From Flectonema sp. DT1601 (Eukaryota), in NCBI GenBank assembly GCA_964019425.1, contig OZ025782.1:1550001-1614000 (forward strand): a stretch of DNA of 64,000 bases, written 5' to 3'. Shown one piece after another: positions 58,019 through 64,000 of this stretch. A program made the position numbers and the translations under genes. Below the pieces are notes generated by a model, which was not told where the DNA came from, ran no database searches, and saw only the letters and a list, made by a program, of their open reading frames with translations. Each line of letters starts with the position of its first letter. Within the stretch, counting starts at the first letter, position 1.

Positions 58019-59691
58019 ACAACCAGCTCTACACAAAGTTTTAAAAAACAGCCAGCTCTACACAAAGTTTCGAAAAACAGCCAGCTCCACACACAAAGTT
58101 TTAAAAAACAGCCAGCTCTGGAAAGTTTTGAAAAACAACCAGCTCTACACAAAGTTTCGAAAAACAGCCAGCTCCACAAAGTTTTGAAAAACAGCCAGCT
58201 CCGGAAAGTTTTAAAAAACTGCCAGCTCTGGAAAGTTTTGAAAAACAACCAGCTCTACACAAAGTTTCGAAAAACAGCCAGCTCCACAAAGTTTTGAAAA
58301 ACAGCCAGCTCCGGAAAGTTTTAAAAAACTGCCAGCTCTGGAAGGTTTTGAAAAACAACCAGCTCTACACAAAGTTTCGAAAAACAGCCAGCTCCACACA
58401 CAAAGTTTTAAAAAACTGCCAGCTCTGGAAAGTTTTGAAAAACAACCAGCTCTACACAAAGTTTTAAAAAACAGCCAGCTCCACACACAAAGTTTTGAAA
58501 AACAGCCAGCTCCACACACAAAGTTTTGAAAAACAGCCAGCTCCACAAAGTTTCAAAAAACAGCCAGCTCCGGAAGTTTTCGATAAAGTGGGAAGTAACG
58601 GACTGGGAGCTTTAGTTTTAAAAAACAACCAGCTCCACACACAAAGTTTCGAAAAACAGCCAGCTCCACACACAAAGTTTTAAAAAACAGCCAGCTCCAC
58701 AAAGTTTCAAAAAACGGCCAGCTCTGGAAAGTTTTGAAAAACAGCCAGCTCCACACAAAGTTTTGAAAAACAGCCAGCTCCACACAAAGTTTCAAAAAAC
58801 AGCCAGCTCCACACACAAAGTTTCAAAAAACAGCCAGCTCCACACACAAAGTTTTAAAAAACTGCCAGCTCCACAAAGTTTCAAAAAACAGCCAGCTCCG
58901 GAAAGTTTTGAAAAACAACCAGCTCCACACACAAAGTTTTAAAAAACTGCCAGCTCTGGAAAGTTTTGAAAAACAACCAGCTCTACACAAAGTTTTAAAA
59001 AACAGCCAGCTCCACACACAAAGTTTTGAAAAACAGCCAGCTCCACAAAGTTTCAAAAAACAGCCAGCTCCGGAAGTTTTCGATAAAGTGGGAAGTAACG
59101 GACTGGGAGCTTTAGTTTTAAAAAACAACCAGCTCCACACACAAAGTTTCGAAAAACAGCCAGCTCCACACACAAAGTTTTAAAAAACAGCCAGCTCCAC
59201 AAAGTTTCAAAAAACGGCCAGCTCTGGAAAGTTTTGAAAAACAGCCAGCTCCACACAAAGTTTTGAAAAACAGCCAGCTCCACACAGAGTTTCAAAAAAC
59301 AGCCAGCTCCACACACAAAGTTTCAAAAAACAGCCAGCTCCACACACAAAGTTTTAAAAAACTGCCAGCTCCACAAAGTTTCAAAAAACAGCCAGCTCCG
59401 GAAAGTTTTGAAAAACAACCAGCTCCACACACAAAGTTTTGAAAAACAGCCAGCTCCACACACAAAGTTTCAAAAAAACAGCCAGCTCCACACAAAGTTT
59501 TGAAAGACAACCAGCTCCGGAAAGTTTTGAAAAACAGCCAGCTCCACACACAAAGTTTTAAAAAACAGCCAGCTCCGGAAAGTTTTGAAAAACAGCCAGC
59601 TCCGGAAAGTTTTGAAAAACAGCCAGCTCCATGCACAAAATTTTATAAAACAGCCAGCTCCACAAAGTTTCAAAAAACAGCGAGCTCCACA
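58019..59691 (+). repeat. Satellite A, right part, with a 500-bp higher-order duplication
   Basis: Same monomer and orientation as 23115-24327; the same embedded 36-bp insert occurs at 58578 and 59078. Confidence 0.97.
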
Positions 59692-59779
59692 TTTTAGGTT
59701 TGCCTTGGTAATTCTCGTGTTTAGGATCCATTATACTGCTCTCTCTATCTTTTTGTCACTCAAGATCAACAGACTACCA

Positions 59780-59915
59780 ATGCTACCTGTTGTGCTTGCT
59801 CACTATGGGGGGTGATGCCAAACACCCAGAAGTACTCAACTGCTTTCCTTCTTGCTGCCCAGGGGTTTCTGACCAGAACTAATAGAAATTAAAAAGCAGA
59901 TGGGAAACAATAAAA
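59780..59915 (-). mobile_element. Fragment of the repeat family X body
   Basis: Reverse complement of ~43495-43632. Confidence 0.8.
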
Positions 59916-60443
59916 AGAACGCAAAAACAATCAGTTTAATGTCTTGATCGGGACTGAAAAATAGATTGATCGGTATAGTCGACCGATTGAAAATGACAAT
60001 AACATTGTTTATTCTTTTTTTTTTTTTTTAAATTTATTCCCTTTTTTATTATTATTCATTTTATTTTTAAAAAAAAGGAACAATCAGTTTAGCGTCTCGA
60101 TCGGGACGGAAAATAGAAATAAATCGACATAGTCGATCGATTAAAAAAAACAATGGTAACATTGTTTATTCTCATTCAGTACACGTCCATGAGGGTATCT
60201 TTTCTTTTTTGACCTCTAATTTGATGTGCAATAGTTATAATTCTCTCCGATGGATCTGCATAAGAAGTTGTATTCGACACAGCAGTCAATGATATGATTG
60301 TAGAATCAAGAAAGGGAACCTTCCACATGAACGTCATTAAACATCGCACTCGACGGCTTAAATGATTGAATCAAACTAGTTGATGATTTCAAAACAATAT
60401 TATTATTATTATAAACTGACGATAGTTGAACATCCCATATTGG

Positions 60444-60930
60444 CTAAGATAGAGGTTCGCTATTCCTATTCGAAACGTAAACGTTAACTGTTAAATAATC
60501 ACTGCTATCTCTTGCATCGTATAAGTGAAGAGCATCACCACTTTCTAATGACAACAATACTTCACAAGATTGTTTTATTGCGTCGTCAGTTAGTTTGAAA
60601 TACACAACACCATTATCACCTACAGGTCCTGCTCCCCAAGTACTGTGAATTGTTGCGATACATCCATTACAAGGTGGTGTTGTTTTTAATATAAAATTAT
60701 ATCTAATTACTGTTCGACCATCAGCTTCTAATAAACTAGTGTGAGCTTTGTGTGGATCAAGAAGTTCTAATCCTTCATATAAAGGAGTGCTATCACCATC
60801 AAGACCATCGGGGTACTTTATATCTTCTAACATTGCAAATGCTGTTCCGTTGTGGAACTCATCGTAGTTCCGTGTGCCTGATGTGTAGGTTCCAGGAAGT
60901 GCTTCTAATTCAACGCCATGACCACATGAA
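60444..60930 (-). pseudogene. 3' fragment or exon of an unknown protein gene
   Basis: Stop-free ~160 codons of normal protein composition ending in TAG; the 5' end abuts an RT fragment. Confidence 0.5.
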
Positions 60931-61165
60931 GCTGAGCCAACCAAAGCTGTCCAGTGTATAGGAAATCCTCTCTGTCACGTACAAGTTTTTAACCATCTTT
61001 AGGGTCTTGTAATCCAATTCATACGGCTGGAGGCACAGCAGAAGGGAGATCCCTTTCTTCAGCTCGTCGTGTATTTTCTCTAACTGTTTATCAAACCTGA
61101 GCCTGTTATCAATGTAAACACCCAGATATTTCACTGAGTCCGTGATTGGCAATAGGAAGGCAATT
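60930..61165 (-). mobile_element. Fragment of an APE-type non-LTR retrotransposon RT (domain 7/thumb)
   Basis: LPITDSVKYLGVYIDNRLRFDKQL...LY...ERISY pattern typical of Jockey/I/Ingi-group RTs. Confidence 0.75.
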
Positions 61166-61424
61166 TTAATTTTCACTTTGACATTCATCTCGTCGTGGAT
61201 GTTTAACATCAGCAAATCTTCTAAGTCTTGTTGAGTCCCGATGGGTTTCCCCTCTACTTCGAGGACCGTTTCGCCACTCAATCAAACAAACAAAATTAAC
61301 ATTCAATTTTGGTTACATGCAGGGGGGGAATTCTTTTCCTCTAAAGATCTTGGTAATACCGACCTCTTCGGTCGCCTACAAATATTGTGCTTTCTTACAA
61401 CAACACTGTTATCTCGATTCACGC

Positions 61425-62048
61425 AGCATGACTGGCATGAACATGGTGATGGTGACGGTGAAAAGTTCGAAGAACGTCTTGCTGAGAAGCGTGATGGAGA
61501 AAACCATGATGGTGAGAAACGTGAAGAACTCCTAGGCGAGAAGCATGATGGTGAAGAGCGTGACGGAGAGAGCGAGATAGAGACAACCATGACGGTGAGA
61601 AACGCGCGAAGAACATCAAGGTAAGAAGCATGATGAAAACAACCATGGCGGTGAGAAACATGAAGAAAGTCTTGGCGAGAAGCGTAATGGAGAAGGCCAT
61701 GATGATGAAGACCGTGATAAAAAACGTGAAGAACGTGGCGGCGAAAAGCGTGATTGGGAAAACCGTGTTGGGGAAGAACCTGACGAACGTCTTGACGACG
61801 GGGAAGACCATGACGGTGAGAAACGTGATGATGAGAAGCCTAGAGACCACAACAGTGAGAAGCCTGAAAGCCATGACAGTGAGAAGCGCGAAGAACATGA
61901 CGGTGAGAAACGTGATGGAAAAAAACAGGAAGAACGTGACGGTGGAAATTACGAGGAAAGTAACGAAGGTAATTATGAACACTCCAGAAAGTCATTGCAT
62001 ACCGTCCTTAAAGTAGAGAAGTCACTCAGATATCATTCGGTCAATTGA
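61425..62048 (+). pseudogene. Degenerate 15-bp repeat encoding a charged (E/D/K/R/H/G) pentapeptide repeat, frameshifted
   Basis: Recurrent CATGACGGTGAGAAA / CGTGATGGAGAAAAC (HDGEK, RDGEN); the frame shifts near 61570-61610. Confidence 0.6.
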
Positions 62049-62346
62049 GAGACGCTGTTTTGAAATCAGCCAACAAGAACGGTGTTGTCGTAATGGATGT
62101 TGCAATTCTGTTTGCTTGTCTGACTTCCGCATGTGTTTCCCTTGCCTGCCCTGATACGGTTGAGTTAAGAGTTGCTGTTGGATGTGTGGAGGGGAGTGAA
62201 CGTGAAAGAGAAGTTTCAATAAGTGAGTCCGGTTCATCAACTGTTGAATACAATTTGACGATGGAAAAGGGAGGGAATTTCAGCAACGCTGTTGGAAACA
62301 TTGAATCTGACGTCTCGGCAGAATTTGAAAGGAATGATAATGACAT
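62041..62346 (-). pseudogene. Possible fragment of a Ser/Thr-rich membrane-protein gene
   Basis: Stop-free 101 codons with an S/T-rich stalk (ANRIATSITTT); the antisense frame is also open, so the strand is uncertain. Confidence 0.3.
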
Positions 62347-62607
62347 TATATTTAATTAGATAATGTTAGTTCTATACAGTTTGTTCCTTGGTAAGAGTAC
62401 AGGAGTTTATTTTTATTTTTGCATCCACACTTTTTGTATGGTAGGAAATATGATTGACCCGTTAGATCACGTTCACAATTCCGTTCTCCGTTTTGCCCTC
62501 CGTGTTTTTCTCCCTTTTCCTTTTCCCTAGTTGCGTCGCTGAAACTAAACCAAACCAACTTCTTACTTTTAGGTTAAATCGGTCTCAGCGACTGCGAAAA
62601 AGCAAAA

Positions 62608-63369
62608 ATGCCGGCTAAGAAAGCAACAACGAAGAACGCTAAGAGGAATCTCTCCTCCGATTCGGACTCCGAATCGTTCACCACACGGTACACTGTTACC
62701 GACGCGGCGGCACGTCCCTCAAGCCAAGGGTCGTTGCCCCCCCTTATCGGGGATCCCTCATCCGGGGACGCGTATGCTGTTCCCTCATCCGGGGAAAACA
62801 ACCCCTCGTCCGGGGGGGAAGTGACCATGAAAGTCACTAAAGAACAGTTCGAAGCATTGAGTTGCTTCCTCCAGTCCCAAAGAAGACAAAAGCCGGCCAT
62901 AGTGCCGCATCGGGTGTCCACGTGGTCGGGATACCTATATCCAGGCCCAGACCACGAGGCTTTGTTAGCATCGCTAAGAGCCGCCTACCCCGCCAGGTGT
63001 ACAAATCCGCGCCAGGAGGCCAACAACAGCGACCACGAGCGTCGCGTGCTAATCGCAGTCACAGAAAAGCTAGTACGTAGTCTAGCAGAAGGCGGCCAAG
63101 CAGCCGACCCTACACTGGTGCAGGAAAGTATCCAATTGTTAATAGACAGGATGCATGCCCAGTCGGTGAGGGAGCAGTATAGCTCTTCGAAGCCGGGTAT
63201 CGAATTCGAGGCGTACTGGTGGGGAAAGGAAAGGGCGTTGGAGAGAGGGGTCGATGAGTACCTGGCACTCGAAGACAAAATCTCCAGGAGATTTACAAAG
63301 GAGAAAGAGGGCAGAAGCAGGGACTCCAGGCCCCCCGCAGGCAATCAGCGGATAAAAATACGCCGATGA
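62608..63369 (+). CDS. Gag-like ORF1 of a tyrosine-recombinase retrotransposon (VIPER/TATE/DIRS-like)
   Basis: 253-aa GC-rich ORF with disordered N-terminus, helical core and basic C-terminus; lies directly upstream of a YR-like ORF; pyrimidine tract plus AG at ~62560-62572. Confidence 0.6.
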   Translation: MPAKKATTKNAKRNLSSDSDSESFTTRYTVTDAAARPSSQGSLPPLIGDPSSGDAYAVPSSGENNPSSGGEVTMKVTKEQFEALSCFLQSQRRQKPAIVPHRVSTWSGYLYPGPDHEALLASLRAAYPARCTNPRQEANNSDHERRVLIAVTEKLVRSLAEGGQAADPTLVQESIQLLIDRMHAQSVREQYSSSKPGIEFEAYWWGKERALERGVDEYLALEDKISRRFTKEKEGRSRDSRPPAGNQRIKIRR

Positions 63370-63684
63370 AGCCAGAGGTCGTCCACGTCAGAAGGAGGAG
63401 GAGCTTACAGAAGAGGTGATCGAAAAATTAGTGCTCGAAGCCGAGAACATTCTGCAGCTAGCCCTGGCAGAGAACACCTGGAAGACCCTAAAATCAGTGT
63501 TGCGCCGTTTTCTTCAATTCAAGGAAAATTTACAGCTCAGAACCAGCACAACTTTCTCGAACACGGAGGCTCTAATTCTGTGGTTAACAAAGAAATTAGT
63601 AATAGACGAGATCTCTCGGGCAACAGCACTCCAGTACTCGTTCGATGCCGCGGCAGCTCTGGAGCGACTGCGAAAAAGCAAAAA
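63356..63684 (+). pseudogene. N-terminal core-binding domain of a tyrosine recombinase, truncated
   Basis: LQLALAENTWKTLKSVLRRFLQF...LILWL......ISRATALQY matches the YR SAM-like N-terminal pattern; catalytic R-H-R-Y region absent. Confidence 0.65.
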
Positions 63685-64000
63685 CGTTTTGTGTGTGTTC
63701 GTAAAGGGTTTTTCTGATTTCCGACTAGCAGCACCAAGCCCTATGCAAGTGATTCTTTAACCCCATTATACTTCACCCCTCAGGAATTACCGAACAAGAT
63801 CAAGGCTCAATCATATTTGTTGCCATCTAATTTGTTATCTACTTTGCACATTGCTATTTGAAATGTATCTGTCCGCCGTTTTCGAATGCTTTGTGGATTT
63901 AGACTTTGATTTTTTTTTTTTTTTTTTTTTTTTGAGAATCACAAATTTAATCTTTTTTGCAACAATCGTAAAGAGAAATGTGAAACACAGCCATATGTTC

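Noticed and set aside
54568..58248. 1226-aa ORF as an intact protein; likewise the start of 35930-39595
   Set aside because: The N-termini are read-in from flanking satellite or transposon DNA, and the N-terminal RT motifs are missing.
17585..64000. Fanzor/TnpB or another RNA-guided nuclease inside the TIR elements
   Set aside because: No RuvC-like or TnpB zinc-finger motifs are visible in any listed ORF.

Overview
Eukaryotic, protist-like DNA. Co-oriented genes with a YAG just upstream of the ATG and a VIPER/TATE-like element suggest a euglenozoan such as a diplonemid; this is inference only. Positions 1-17.2 kb hold six minus-strand host genes: a disordered S/P/T-rich protein, a bestrophin-like protein, a Zn-finger/ADP-ribosyltransferase-like/ankyrin protein, an NXT1/NTF2-like protein with one intron, a BART-domain protein and a C2-TM-C2-RMDN-type TPR protein. 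Positions 17.6-60.2 kb are a nested repeat island. It contains a self-nested hAT-like transposon, satellite A (~25-30 bp), satellite B (~95-130 bp, hairpin-rich), four non-autonomous TIR families, four degenerate tRNA-like Pol III cassettes (all inside TIR-type insertions), an LSU rRNA fragment, and two 5'-truncated non-LTR retrotransposons encoding RT, a CCHC knuckle and a restriction-like endonuclease. The junctions indicate that this retrotransposon is about 10 kb or longer. It has an extra ~560-aa C-terminal extension and a ~6-kb 3' region that carries satellite B and ends, without poly(A), in a fixed structured terminus (...CCCACTTTATCGAAATTC) seen 12 times. Positions 60.4-64 kb hold gene fragments, an APE-type RT fragment and a truncated gag + tyrosine-recombinase element.
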